From Eledone cirrhosa (Eukaryota), in the NCBI GenBank assembly GCA_964016885.1, contig OZ024742.1, positions 245,458,001 to 245,522,000 of the forward strand: 64,000 nucleotides of DNA, read 5' to 3'. Of the stretch, positions 41,850-56,585 are shown piece after piece (positions within the stretch are counted from its first letter, which is position 1; each line of letters begins with the position of its first letter). A program made the position numbers and the translations under genes. The notes under the pieces are model-generated. The model had not been told where the DNA came from, did not search any database, and saw nothing but the letters and a program-made list of their open reading frames with translations.

Positions 41850-42235
41850 ATAAATGGGAACTAAGAATCAGTATTGCATTATACACATATTTAATTACAT
41901 ATTACATATGTTTCACTGCTGATCTGCTCGAGGAACTGTCGAATAATGTTCGTCCCTGACTCTGGAATCGGAAGCTCCTCAGGTATGTGTTCTCACATGT
42001 AGACACACGTCCAAATGTTTTAACGTCCTTCTACATATCAGAACATATATCTGAGGAGCATCCGATTCCAGAGTTAGAATCGAACATTAATCGCTCGTTC
42101 CTTGAGCTGATCGACAGTGAAACATATGTAATATGTAATTAAATATGTATATGATACAACACTGATTCTTTGTTCCCATTTATTATTATTGATACTCTGC
42201 TCCCCAAGAGCATTGAGTGCTCATCTTGGCATACT
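41850..42235. mobile_element. Inverted non-coding element with an HHR in each arm (41897-41988 minus; 42043-42136 plus)
   Basis: acATATAT-CTGAGGA-(about 60 nt)-GAA-ACATATGT-A-ATATGT; degenerate relative at about 22215-22312 (-). Confidence 0.65.
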
Positions 42236-42400
42236 GCCTGTGAACGCAAGTCAATTGCACCACTACTATATATATATATAATCCCGCTCACTCATACATT
42301 TAGAAAGAGAAGTGGAGAGAAAGAAAGGGAGTGAGAGAGATACAGGTGGAGAGAAACAACGTGAAAATGATAAAATTTATAAAAATGTAAAATTATTTCA

Positions 42401-42449
<49 letters not shown>

Positions 42450-42729
42450 TTGTTTAAACCCGATTAGCCTGCTCGCTCTTTGGCTTGGTGGTTAATGGCT
42501 TAACCATCGTATCAGTTTGTATGGCCTTTTTAACGTATGTTTATTACTCTGGATTATTCGTATCTATCGAGCGCTTGCCAACACAAACCGGAAGTTGCTT
42601 TTCGCTCATTTCTACTCGCCGAAATGCGATTCTCGCTACATTATATTTATATATTTCGTTTCTGAATTTGTTTAGCAAGATTCTTTATCTGAAATATTGG
42701 CAACATGACCCTCCCAAAGTATAACAATA

Positions 42730-42764
<35 letters not shown>

Positions 42765-42770
<6 letters not shown>

Positions 42771-43692
42771 ATAATAATAAATTTGAAGACTAAAATTCAA
42801 AGAGGGCTCGATAAGGATAAATATATATAAAATAACCCTAGAGCAATTATTTATTAAAATAACAGATTAAAGTTTAAGCAAAGAATCGCTGCTTTCACCC
42901 TTAACGGGATCTTCTGAAACTAAAAAAAATCAATCTGTGAACGCAGAAGTAAATATTTCGAAAAACGTTGCAACCGAAGGAAAACAGGAAGACGATACTT
43001 TGGTTCGTGAAGGCAATGAACGGGAAAAAAGCGAAGATAATACGTCGTTATGTAGAACGATGAGAAAAATTACACGCAAAGACAAAACAACGTTTATGGT
43101 ATAAATGAAGTGGTAGACTAATATTCTATTTAGGAAACCGAATGGTTCTCGGCTTCAGAGTTAAGAATAATTGTTTCTACTTTTGGCACAAGGCCAGCAA
43201 TTACTCAGTTCATTACTGGTACTTTATTTTATCGACCCGGTAAGGATGAAAGGCAAAGTTAACCTCGACGGGATTTGAACTCAGACCGTAAAGGGACGTA
43301 ACTATTCAGAGTTAAGAATAATTGTTTCTACTTTAGGCACAAGGCCAGCAATTATCCCAGTGCATTACTGGTACTTTATTTTATCGACCCCGTAGGATGA
43401 AAGGCAAAGTTAACCTCGGCGGGATTTGAACTCAGAGCATAAAGGGACGTAACTATGCTGGGAAGCATGGCGTCCGAATAATGTAAATAAATTAGTAGAA
43501 CGAAAATGACATGTTATTGAAATCAACAATAATTAAATATATACATACACGCATCCAATACGTACATACACATGCATACGCGAAAACATCCGCCATGCAT
43601 GCATATACACGTACACATAAACACGCGCACACATACATAAACCCGTGCGACACCTGTACCCGCACACATACGAACGCATACACCAAATACAC

Positions 43693-43772
<80 letters not shown>

Positions 43773-44030
43773 ATACATATAATTATATAAACGTATATAA
43801 ATATACACACATAAATACGTATATAACGCACGCACATACATACCTACGGGTAAATACACATATGTTCACTAAACAACGTCAACCAAAACACAAAGTACAC
43901 ATATACACACCTTACATACGTACAAACACGCATATACATACAAACACCAAATACACATATACACATAGCCATATACACATGTACCAGTATATATAATATA
44001 CTATATACACCTATAACAAGCAAAAGGCAA
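42765..44030 (-). mobile_element. PLE family A 3' UTR fragment with two nested SINE pieces
   Basis: Aligns with 2220-3480; ends at (TA)n. Confidence 0.8.
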
Positions 44031-44109
44031 ACAGAAATAACAAAGTAAATGTCACAGGACAATGAAGAAATATATCATTAGTTTTACGCTTGATATAGTA
44101 GGAAAAGAG

Positions 44110-44145
44110 TCCTAACGTTTCGGACACTAGTCCTTCATCAGAAAA
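44110..44145 (-). ncRNA. Minimal PLE-type hammerhead ribozyme
   Basis: tttt-CTGATGA-A-GGAC tagt GTCC-GAA-ACGT-T-agga; palindromic loop-less stem III; weak stem I. Confidence 0.55.
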
Positions 44146-44388
44146 TAGAATGAGAAATTAAAGTAGAAATAAAAAGATTGAGGAGACGGGCAGGGCGGAA
44201 ACGGAAACATTTTTTTTTTTTTTTTAGAGAAAAACAACAGGTCCATTCATGTTACCATCTCTTAGAAAACTGTTGATGCTGGTGTTTTGTGTATGATATA
44301 GTTTTTTGAAATGTGGTAATGTAGCATAACTATCTGAAAGGAAACAAAAGCCATTTTGTATATAAAACTGTACGTGTGCGCGCGCGTA

Positions 44389-44515
<127 letters not shown>

Positions 44516-44669
44516 ATTAAAATAACAGATAAAAGTTTAAGCAAAGAATCGCTGCTTTCACCCTTAACGGGATCTTCTGAAACTATTTGCTCTACGGTTC
44601 TTATATATTTGATATATATTTATCTTTATCGAGCCCTCTTTGGATTTTAGTCTTCAAATTTATTATTAT

Positions 44670-44711
<42 letters not shown>

Positions 44712-45217
44712 CGAGTAAAATTCCTGAGATCCATGGACGAGTTCTCTCCAGCGGTCTCTGTCCCTCATTATCGCTGCCATGTCCTGCGTCTCCAACAGAC
44801 CAGTGTCTGTCCTTGGGGCATCAACATACATTAACCTTGGTCTTCCTCTTCTAGTGTGTCCATGTGTATATATATATATATATATATAAGTGTGTGTATG
44901 TATATGGTGGCTGTGCATTCTAGAAAGTGATGTGTTAAAATAATTATTTTATCTCAATCATATTCCATGGTTTAATCCAAAGTACTGTGCTGGTATAAAC
45001 AAACCAAGGTAGGTAACTCTCATAATTTAAAAAACTATTAAAGTAGTTAACGGTATTTGATATAATCCAGTTACAACCACTTCTGGCTCTGATACAGCTT
45101 CATATAGCAAGCTGCTCTCCTCTTCTCGGACGCACATAAGTATTTATTTACTCGCTGTGTTTACAGTATATATCTTTTTTTCTGTTTGATTCAAAAGGTT
45201 GGATAACATAAATAAGC

Positions 45218-45847
45218 ATGGAAGCCTGCAAGAAAAAAATGAATGCTTTAATCGCAGAGCGTGTAAATGCTCTGGAAAAAGCCGAGGAATTGGAATTAAA
45301 GTTGCGACAAGTTGAAGACGATCGCGATAAAATTCAGGATGATCTTATGTTTTTACAGAAAAAATATGGAACATTGGAGAAGGAAAATGATGATTTGAAT
45401 GAGGCAATAAATAGATATCAACTTTTGGAAGAAGAGAAAAAGAAAGTTGACGAAGAATTGATATGGATGCATAAGAAATATAGTAACTTAGAGAGGGAAT
45501 TCGATGATGTGACTGGTCAGTTGGACAAAGCGCAGGATATGATGAGATACACAGAAGAGAAACTATCGGAGACGGAGAGCGAAACACAAGATCTGAACAG
45601 AAAGATAAATCTTCTAGAGTTAGATCTTTCCCGATCAGAGGGTCAAGTGGAAGAAAAAAGGGTACAAGCTGAAGAAGACTCTGATAAGCTACAATCAGCC
45701 GAGGTCAGGGCTTTAGATGCTGAACGTAATGTCCAAAAACTTGAAAACGAAATCGAAAAGCTTGTAAAAGAACTTGAAGGAGAACAGCAAAAATATAAAA
45801 CTTTATGCGAGGATTTGGATGAAGCCTGTAACCAAATAATTGATTAG
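45218..45847 (+). CDS. Intronless, divergent tropomyosin-like coiled-coil protein (209 aa), probable retrogene
   Basis: N-term MEACKKKMNAL (cf. MDAIKKKM), QKKYSNLEREFD-type motif, LNRKINLLELDLSRSE, AERNVQKLENEIEKL..EQQKYKTLCEDLD; uninterrupted frame; AATAAA at about 45910. Confidence 0.85.
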   Translation: MEACKKKMNALIAERVNALEKAEELELKLRQVEDDRDKIQDDLMFLQKKYGTLEKENDDLNEAINRYQLLEEEKKKVDEELIWMHKKYSNLEREFDDVTGQLDKAQDMMRYTEEKLSETESETQDLNRKINLLELDLSRSEGQVEEKRVQAEEDSDKLQSAEVRALDAERNVQKLENEIEKLVKELEGEQQKYKTLCEDLDEACNQIID

Positions 45848-46328
45848 AAAATATAAAAAACACCGAACTTGGGGATAAAACACCGAAATGGGGATAAAAA
45901 GCTTATAAGAATAAAAGCTTAAAAACAATTCTAAATTACTGCCATAAAAATCAGTTATGTTTTATCCGTGCTATGTTGACACTGTAAAGACTCAGTCCTT
46001 ATGCTGGTTTGTAATGTTATTTTCTTATCGAATTCCTACTGTATACACCACATCTCAAACAACTTTATTGTTATTGTTATTGTATTATATCCCGCCGAGG
46101 TTAGCTTTGCCTTTCATCCTTGCTGGGGCGATAAAATAAAGTACCAGTAACGCACTTGGGTCGACTTAATCGATTTTCCCTTTCCTTTAAAAATTGTTAT
46201 CCTTGTGCTTATCTCAGAAACCATTATTATTATTATTATTTTAGTTAATCGGGGAAAAAAAGCCTTAAAAGAACTCAACTGTTTACTATACATAATCTAA
46301 AAAAAGTGTTGCTGATTTCTCTCGTTAA

Positions 46329-46827
<499 letters not shown>

Positions 46828-48512
46828 CAGAAGTTATTATTATCCCTTGGTTTGTGCAAACAGACATTTTATATATATTCTGAACTTTCGTTGTACAACG
46901 GTTTCGAACTTGTTCGCTTGTTGCTTGTTTAATGCTTGTTAACTTACTATATTAACAAACAACGAATGTATACGCGCGTGTGTGTTTGTGTATGCGCATA
47001 CATGCATATATGTATGTGTATGTATGTATGTGTGTAGGGATGTATGTGTGTATGTATGTATGTATGTATGCATGCATGTTGTGTGTGTACATATGTACAT
47101 GTATGTATGTATGTATGTGTATGTAGGGGTGAGGGAGCCGCTGGCTACAGCCAAGTCAGTCTCTTCCCCTTCGCCTTAATCCGCTGCTGGCATGTATGTT
47201 CGTCTGCTTTTCAAACTGTATATTTAGAATTATTTACATAGCTACGCTTTTTTGCAAATGAGTGTGAAATAAGTTTAATGACCATATTCTGTGAATAATG
47301 GATATTCCTTCATTGTAAAAACTCTTGTTTATTTCGCTTAAAAAGGTTCAATTTCGGAAGGGTTTTAATGAATAAAAAAAAAATAATAAAATCTTCCAAT
47401 GATAGTTTTATTCTGAATAAACATATGATAGAGTGTAGCATAAAAGAACCAGTTACTTTTTAGAGAATATTGCTATAATAGTATAGTATTGAACTCTAAA
47501 TATTTAGTGCTATAGTTTCTATTAAGTATTAACTATATTCTTAGCATCTCAGTCATTATAAATATATCTGATACTTTCTAATCGCCAACACAACATGCTT
47601 CATGAATCTAGTTGAAATAACGCGGATTATTAAATCAATATTCTGCAAAAGTTTTGTAAAGTAACTTAAATTAAACTTTTATTCAACAGATAAACTTTAT
47701 AAAAGATACATATAGAATAATATAGAGATGCAAAAAATATAAGTTAATAGTTATTTGAAATTATAGGACTAGTTAAACTATCTTCGTGTATTATTTTTTT
47801 AATGTAAAAATATATTCATTACGTAAACAATTATGTGGAAATTTAATATTCATTTCGGAGTTGTATTTGCCAAGTGACTTGATCTGAGACCGTGAGTGGA
47901 AACTAAAGCAATTACTTCGTGGAAGAGTCATTTTCGTCATTTAAAAAAACACACACAAATAACCATTAACTTCACTTTATATTTGTCATTAATTTCTTAG
48001 AGTCAAAATTTCCGTTGCTGTGGAACTATGTCAATGACCAAGTCACAGACAGTGTGAGAAAAATTTTGGCACCAAGAAACAAATTATAAATATAAAATTG
48101 TTAAGAAGTTTTGTGTGACTGTATGTTTAATGACTATATCCTCTGATGAAAAACGAACAAACAAACAAACAAACAAAAACAACAAAGTTAACATTTTATT
48201 AGCTCTTCATTCCCCCATTTTATTAATTTAAAATGCACAATTTTTGTGACGGATTGTTTAACCCATTTATACATCTCGATTGCTGTAACAACAGCCAACT
48301 GGAATTCAGCCAATATAGCACGAGGTACGCAGCAAATTTATAAAACACAACTGCTTGTTGGTTGGTATGCCTTTTTTCAGAAAGTTTTCAGGTAGTTCTC
48401 TAAACAACCTGTATTCAGCCGAGAGTCTGTCGTGTGATGTGATGTGTATTAAATTGGAGAACGTGAAAGACGCTCACACTTACACATAGAGACAACATAC
48501 AGTGAGCACACT

Positions 48513-48546
<34 letters not shown>

Positions 48547-49553
48547 CAAAACACATAATCATCACTCATCAACATCTTACACGGTAGCTATAAATACTGT
48601 TGTGAAAAAATACGGCCAAATATCCCCCTCCTACGCGAACACATACACATATACACACACGCATACACACACACGCATACCCATACACACACATACACAC
48701 ACGCATACATACACACACACATACCCATACACAACACACACACACACACACACGCATACCCATACACACAGGTACGTTTTGCCTTACTATACAAACCCGG
48801 AAAGAGCAACCTCTTTGTGAAATCTTTTATTAGCTGAGATTATTACAGGGTTATTTTCGAGAATAAAGTGTTTGATAAGTGCATTAGCACGAAGGAATAT
48901 ATATACATTGTTACGAGAGAGAGAGAGAGATGTAAAATCCCAACCGCGTCGCCATGTATGTATGTATTTGGTCACGAATGATCATGGTTTTGTACCTAGA
49001 AAGTTCCTCTCCGAGGCACAAGCCTGGGCAAGGTATGTTTGTGGAAGACCAGCAGTCGCTCATGCACACCAGCTTCCTCTCTCCAAGCCACCGATGTTGT
49101 CCAAAGGAAAGGCTATGACCGACACAGCTTAACTCCAGTGACGTCGCAACTCATTTCTACAGATGAGTGAACTGGAGCAACGTGAAATAAAGTGTCTTAC
49201 TTAAGAACACAACGCACCCTTGGTCCAGGATTCGAACTCACAACCTTGCAATTGTGAGCATAACGCTTCGCACCTTCATATACATATGTGTGTGTGTGTG
49301 TGTCTGTCTGTCTGTCTGTGTATGTGTGGTTCAAGAATAAAAAAGACAAACACAGAGATACAAAAACAAAGATTTATTAGGTTTACGCTTGGGAATGAAG
49401 ATAAAGAAAAAAAGAAATAAAATTAGATAAATGTTTCAATGTATCGGACATAAGTCCTTCGTCGTGGAAGAACAAAGATCAGAGAGGCGAGGGTTGAAAA
49501 AACGGAGTTTAAAAGACTGGAGAGAAAAAAAGAGAAGGCGTACACACACAGAG

Positions 49554-49615
<62 letters not shown>

Positions 49616-49618
<3 letters not shown>

Positions 49619-49977
49619 CGATATTAACAAATGGAAACTATATTTATAAAACCATATTTATTTCATTATACATATTTCAAGGACACCAAGTTAAATTATG
49701 GTGTGCTTTCATTAGATAAAATAAAATATAGAGCAGTTTTATAAATAAATATTGACATACCCTTAAAGAATGCAGCCATTACTGTTGGAAGCTCCCGGGA
49801 GCTTCCAACAGTAATGGCTGCATTCTTTAAGGGTATGTCAATATTTATTTATAAAACTGCTCTATATTTTATTTTATCTAATGAAAGCACACCATAATTT
49901 AACTTGGTGTCCTTGAAATATGTATAATGAAATAAATATGGTTTTATAAATATAGTTTCCATTTGTTAATATCGTAT
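49616..49977. repeat. Spacer-less perfect palindrome (181-bp arms)
   Basis: Centre tccc|ggga at 49796/49797; arms match by eye to the ends; related sequence at 20275-20345. Confidence 0.9.
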
Positions 49978-50064
49978 TTTTACTCCAATTATTTGTTGAG
50001 TGCTTTATATCAGTTATAAAAATATTTGCTTGTTGTATCCCAACAATTTAAATAGAACTTTTAC

Positions 50065-50095
<31 letters not shown>

Positions 50096-50848
50096 ACGTC
50101 AAGACGGGCGGTCTCAAAAGTGAAACTAATTTTTGACAGTTACGTAAGTGATTACTTTCACACACAGTGTCATTATTTAAAAAAAATATATACAATTGTG
50201 TACATGCATATATATATACATCTACAAATTCATACAAATGGGTATGTGTGCATAAATATATATATACATACACATATATATATACAGACACATATATATA
50301 CACACAAACACACATATATATATACACACAAACACATATATACACACAAACATATATATATACGTCTAAACCCATGCTTGCGTGGAAGATAGACGTTAAA
50401 CGATGATGATGACACAAACACATATATATATACATACACACATATATATATATACATACACACACATATATATATACACACATGTCAAAAATTAGTTTCA
50501 CTTTTGAGACCGCCCGTCTTGACGTATGCCTATATATATATATATATTCGAAATTTGAAAATATAATTTAGATAATTATAAATGATTGTTGAATAAGTCG
50601 AGTAAAGTACTTTTAGTAACGGAAAAAGTGGACTTGTTTCTGATTTACTCTATTGTTATTTTTAGTAATCTGCATTGTGGTGACTATATTTAAAATTCAA
50701 ATTAACCAATACTTCTTTTATTCTTTTACTGATTTCACTCACAGTGCTGTGACCACTTAGTGCATTATATCAACCTCCAGGTTCTGTTATATTATCAATC
50801 TCTTTTTGTCGAAAAGGTAAGTTATGGGACATAAAGACACATTCATAT

Positions 50849-51120
50849 ATACATGATGTCCCCCAAAAATGTATACACCATTCTAATAAAAGTTGCCTGT
50901 ACAGATAATCAAAGTATGTATACATTTTAGGGGACACTCTATACATGTAAAATTCCGTTATAACGAATACCATTATAACGAATTTTTTAGTATAACGAAA
51001 CTTTTTTGAGTCTCCGACACATGCTCGATGTGTTAGGTCGTTCTCGTTATAAAGAAGTTTTCGTTACAACGAATTTTTTTTATACCCCGTGATTTTCGTT
51101 ATAACCAAATTTCACTGAAT
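50849..51120. mobile_element. Two adjacent small TIR MITEs (Tc1/mariner-like)
   Basis: tacatgatgtcccccaaaaatgtatac ... gtatacattttaggggacactctata; aaattccgttataacgaa ... ttcgttataaccaaatttcactg. Confidence 0.5.
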
Positions 51121-52594
51121 ATACATATACATACATATATGCATCTGTGTGTGTATCATGACTCATACACTGTTCTCTTTCCTGACATTTGTACACTATT
51201 CTATGTACTATACATGCACCTTTGATGAGTTGTAGTGCACCTGAGCACTGTACACAATAATTTCATCATCATTAGTCGGATGCCATACTTTGCAGCATAG
51301 AGTTACGCCCCTTTACAATCTGAGTTCAAATCCCGCCGAGGTTAACTTTGCCTTTCATCCTTACGGGGTCGATAAAATAAAGTACCAGTAATGCACTGGG
51401 TATTGCTGGCCTTGTGCCAAAAGTAGAAACAATTATATTACATATATATATGTGTGTGTGTGAGGATGTGTTAGTGTGTGTCTGCATTCTTGCCGGGTGT
51501 TGGCTGAAATAGAGTAGAGTTTATAAGCTGTACGTTTCCACATTTGCTGGCATCAAGACTAGGAAGGAGCCCCCCCCCCCCCCCCCCCTCCACACACACA
51601 CCTCATATAAAGAAAACAAATAATAAAAGAAACAGCAATTCATATACAAAAATATAAATTGTTGAGCAAGGTGTAATTACAACAATGGAAAGGTAAGTTG
51701 AAATGAGTAAAAGAGGATAAAGAAAGATAAGAAATATTAGCAGGGAGAAGAGGAGTAAGAAAGGAAGAGAGAGAGAGAGAGAGAGAGTGGGTGAATGAGA
51801 AAGATAAGAAAATAAACATTTTAGTATAGAAAGAGTTAGAGAGAATAGGAGAAAAGGAAAGGGAAGTAAAGAGGTAAGATATTAAAAGAGAGGGAGGATG
51901 TGAGACATTTTTGTGTGACGGGAGTTAGATATGATAATAGAAAGGGCTTCTAATTTAGGCACATGACCAGCAACTTTTTTGGGGTTGGGTGCGGGAGAAA
52001 GTGGATTAATACTTCACTAGTATTTTATTTTATCGACCTCGGAAGGTCGAAATGCAAAATTGACCTCGGTGGGGTCGAAATGCAAAATTGACCTCGGTGG
52101 GATTTGAACTCAAGAGCTGGAACAAATATTGCAAAGCCTTTTGTCCGTCGCTCTAACAATCTGCAGAAAGGAAAAAGTAAGTAAAGATGGAAGAAAAGAT
52201 ATTATAAGTAAGAAAATAAACATTTTAGTGAGGTGGGAGTTAGAAGTAACGGCAGAAAGGGAAAGGGAAATAACGATGTAAGAAATATGAGGAAGAAAAA
52301 AATAGGGAAGGTTAAGAGGTGGAAAATGAGTGATGTTAAAGGGTGGAAGGTGGGAGAGAGAGAGATAAGTTGATGTTTGTGGTATTAACAGCAACTGAAG
52401 GGAAGAAATGTAAGACGGTAGTGGTGGCGATAGATATAATAGGAAGAGATGGTCGTCTACATTGAGTGTCTGAAATAACAGTGAGTGATGGTGGTGGTAG
52501 CGACGGGGTTAAATTTTGTAGGAAGAGCTTTGTCGTGTAAATTGAGAGAATGGAATAACACTGAGTGGTGGGGGTATATATAAAGAAAGAAAAA

Positions 52595-52875
52595 GACGGT
52601 CGTGTAAGTTAAGGGAATGAAATATGAGTGAGTGGTGATGGTTGCGGTGGTAATAGATATATTATAGAAGGGAAACATTGACCGTGTAAGTTGAGGGAAT
52701 GAAATATCAGTGTGTGGAGATGGTTGCGGTGGTAATAGATATAGAGAAGGAAAACATTGACCGTGTAAGTTGAGGGAATTAAATATCAGTGTGTGGTGAT
52801 GGTTGCGGTAGTAATAGATATAGAGGGAAAATATTGGCCGTGTAAGTTAAGGGAATGAAATATTGGTGAGTGATA
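52595..52875. repeat. Degenerate about 79-bp minisatellite (3-4 copies) in a purine-rich tract
   Basis: Repeated cgtgtaagttgagggaatgaaatatcagtgtgtggtgatggttgcggtggtaatagatat. Confidence 0.75.
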
Positions 52876-53326
52876 ATGCGATGGTCGTGTACGTTGAGTG
52901 TATGAAGTAACTGAGTGATGATGGTAGTAGGATTTGGAGGAAGGGGTAGATGAGTGAAAGTTGAGGGTATGAAGTAACAGTGAGTCGTAGTGGTAGTAGG
53001 ATTTGGAGGAAGAGGTAGTTAAGTGTAAGTTGGATGTATTCAGTAACTGTTAGTGAAACAAACTTTGTACAAGTATATATATGGCAGCTATATAAGGTAG
53101 GAGAAGAGAGTCGGTGAAACCGATGCTTCTCCTAAAATTACCTTCCCTTTTCTCCATTTGTGAATGACAGAATCGGTAGAGTAATGGACAGAATTTAGTT
53201 ACATTTCAGCCTTCGGGTGGGAGTCGATAAAGTATTTTTATAGAAATATCTAGAGTTTATTTTTTCTTCGTTTATAAGTCATGGGTGTTAGTTACAGACA
53301 AATAATGTCTGAACCGCACACAATTT

Positions 53327-53367
<41 letters not shown>

Positions 53368-53708
53368 ATTAATTCAGGTATGTGTTGTTGGTTAATTGCC
53401 GATACCTCAGTATACAGGGTAGCGCACTCGACGAAGTGCGCAAGTGGGTCTGTTTACCCCGAAGTAATTTAAAAACAAAAAGTGTAAGTCAACAGGTTAA
53501 AATTAAATTCGTTTATTCATAGTCACTGTTATATATATATCGGTGATAACCATTATGCAACAGCTGTGACCTCATCAGACAGCTAGAATTTGAACAGAAA
53601 AACAGAAAAGCATAACGATGGACTAAAGCTTACTTGTGTTATTTCAAGTTTTTTATATGCTCAGTGCTAAAATTTGGTGTTGTTTTCTCAAAGCACTGGT
53701 AGCAAACA

Positions 53709-53828
<120 letters not shown>

Positions 53829-53877
53829 GACATGCACACTCAATTATTACCAAAACAGGAGGCACTAGAGTTCCCTT

Positions 53878-54745
53878 CTAATATTTTTTTAGGTAAGCCA
53901 AAGCACTTGCAGCATTGCCGCGGGTGATAGCGCGGCTAAGATGCTGGAACAACCAAGCACGCTCGACGGCATCACTTGATAGGTCGCTTAAGCGAGCTGC
54001 CACTAATAACAATAAGCTCGTTGTCAGCAGCCAAACTCCCCATGCGTCTCGAACGCCACAGGCCGAAAAATATATATAGAATGCCAATAATTTTAGAATT
54101 TTATTCCGTTTAGCTACGGACCCAATGATCCTCACCTTTACCGTAGCGTCTAGAGTGTGGAAAGAAGTAAAATAGTTGCTAACTGTGAAGTCCCAGTCCG
54201 TGGCAGTGGAGACTTCTGGTGTCCTTGGCCCTAGGCCCACCTCACTGCTCACCACCATCAGCACAGAATTGGCTACCCGCAGGTGGGAGCCTCGCGAGCT
54301 GGAATGGCTCTTCCAGCGCGTCTTCCTCAACCTCCTCGGAAGAAACGCCTTCTCTATTCTGTCCGCCGGGGCCACGGGGCGGCCAACGCGTGGGGCCACA
54401 TTTACTCATAATAGTGAGAGATGGGGCAGAACAGTGACAGTGGGAGTTTGGTTATTTTGTGTTCAGACCTTGTGTATGTGTATATGTTTCACAAACATCT
54501 ACCTCTAACACAAGGACAAAAGGTATGACTATATCGCCTCTTCCCATCAACCTTGAAGAATGTTGCTGGCTCCAGAACTGAGGGGATATTGACTCGAGCC
54601 AAGGTCTGCTTGATAACTAGGTTTAGCTACACATAATGGGCGAAGCAACCTGCATTCAGACGGCAAGACAATCCGTGAAGAGCTATAGAATCAAGGGGCC
54701 CGCCACAACGACATTTAAATCCTCCACGGATATCGGCTCCGACTA
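53878..54745. mobile_element. Nested or rearranged CRE-like LINE fragments on both strands
   Basis: WLFQHLSRAITRGNAASAL (-), VAVETSGVLGP..WLFQR..GRNAFSIL (+), CRCGGPLD..LHGLSCRLNAG (-). Confidence 0.75.
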
Positions 54746-55399
54746 TGAGCACAATTAAGATGAAGTATGGTTGATATGACCAACCGTTTCTCTTTCCTCG
54801 ATTTTGTGATATCGTCTTCATGACAGAAGGTAAAATGAGCCAAGGGGAATAACTCCAATGTGAACAAACTAATTGTTTAATGATACAAAATCTCAGATTC
54901 GGTTGTATATATTTACTAACAAGAGAGAGAACATAAAAAAGGAGGGAATAAACTTTACGTACATGTATGTGTGTATATCTATATCTATGCATGAATGTAT
55001 GTATGTATGTATGTATGTATGTATGTATGTATGTATGTATGTATGTATGTATGTATGTATGTATGTATGTATGTATGTATGTATGGGTGTGTGTGTGTGC
55101 ATGCTTGTATGCATGCGTGTGTGCGTGTATGAATGTATGTGTGTATGTATGAAACGCCTAATAGATTAGAACTGACCTGCGGCAAAACAACAACAACGAC
55201 AACAACAACGACTCCACCCTAGCGGACAGAGAGTGTTTCATTAGTGTTTAACAAATCTAATGAAATTCAAATATATTATACATATATATAAACAAAATTA
55301 AGAAATGAAAAAAGGGGGAAGGGCTGATCTGGCTGTGTAGGAAAGGAAAGGATAGGACTAGAAATACTATAAATGAGACAAAAAGGAGGCGGAGACTAA

Positions 55400-56585
55400 G
55401 GACTATTAGGCAACAGACGAAAGAGATGGGAGAGGGTGGCAGACTCTACGTCTAGGTCGGGGCGGTGATTCAGCAGCGGCCCACGAACTCCAAAGGTATT
55501 TCCACGGACAGTGGCCAGTGACACCAGCTGAAACAGCCTTTCAGGATTCCTTCGTCAGACGGGTTGCTGACGTTCCGATTTTGCGGAGGAGCTCGACTGG
55601 TCGGGGTTCGAGTACGCCTGAGGGCACGACGGTGATCGGTGCAATTACGAAGCAGCCGGACAAGCCCTGCTATTTGCTTGTCTTCCTGTGCTCTGCATTG
55701 TAACCTGCAGTACCGGGGTTTGTGGCCGAAGCGACAAATCTGGAGGCGGAGAACGTGTCACACCATGTCGCGTCCCAGATGAGGAATTTACCTCACTCGA
55801 ATGGAAAGAGGCTAATTCCGTCGGGGTGCTTGCCGCTTCCGCGCTCGATGCCTGCTGGTTCCAGTTGCGATAAGAGGCCGGCTGCATCCAGGCTCCTTCT
55901 TAATATGCCGTTGAGAGCGGCATGTCGAGGGAACCGACCTGCGCTGTGGTGGCATGACAGTTGGTGCAAGCCAAACACCCGAATAACAGCCCCACAACGG
56001 CATTTGTATGGCTCACATAGGCGGAGGACGAGGTTATGGGCCACTCCAATGCGAGTGCACTTTTCATTAAGATGGATACCGGGTGAAGTAGAGGGCATCG
56101 AATTGATCCACGCGCCGTTTTTTTCTTTTTGGCTGCGGAGCGGATCAGAGAAAGGCAAGGCGGTGCTGGTCCAAACCAGACTCGAGCTGCTTAAAGGAAG
56201 ACTTGCACTTGGTGGCGTCCCAGTTACGTTGGACATTTGTATACTGGGGGACAGAGAGGCCTTCGCCTGTCCAGTCGGCGAGATCCTGATCCAGTTCAAG
56301 GGCCACGTCAGTTTCGGCCGTCTTACTGAGGACCTCGCTCATGAGGGTACGACTAGAGATTGAGGAGAGGTAGGTCGGCAGTGCCAGATCCGAAGTGGAT
56401 TGGAGGCCGAGGCCACCGAACCTCGTTTGGAACTTCACCTGACAGCGGGCGCTGTCGGAACCAACATTGTAGATGAGTTCTACACAGCGGCGAATAATGG
56501 CGTGAAAGTGACAAGGCCCGCTATAAAGCGTGAACAAGAATTTGGGAAGGTTGAAGTAGTTCTTTAGGAGGGAGAGTGCCAGATA
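55400..56585 (-). mobile_element. CRE-like non-LTR retrotransposon, 3' half
   Basis: RFGGLGL, GAWINSMPS, CRCG..GLHQLSC..GRFPRHAALN..EPAGIERGSGKHPDG; frameshifted. Confidence 0.85.

Noticed and set aside
53500-53590. Hammerhead on the minus strand (CTGATGA GGTCAC..GTGACT)
   Set aside because: No GAAA after stem II and no convincing stem III; at best a decayed copy
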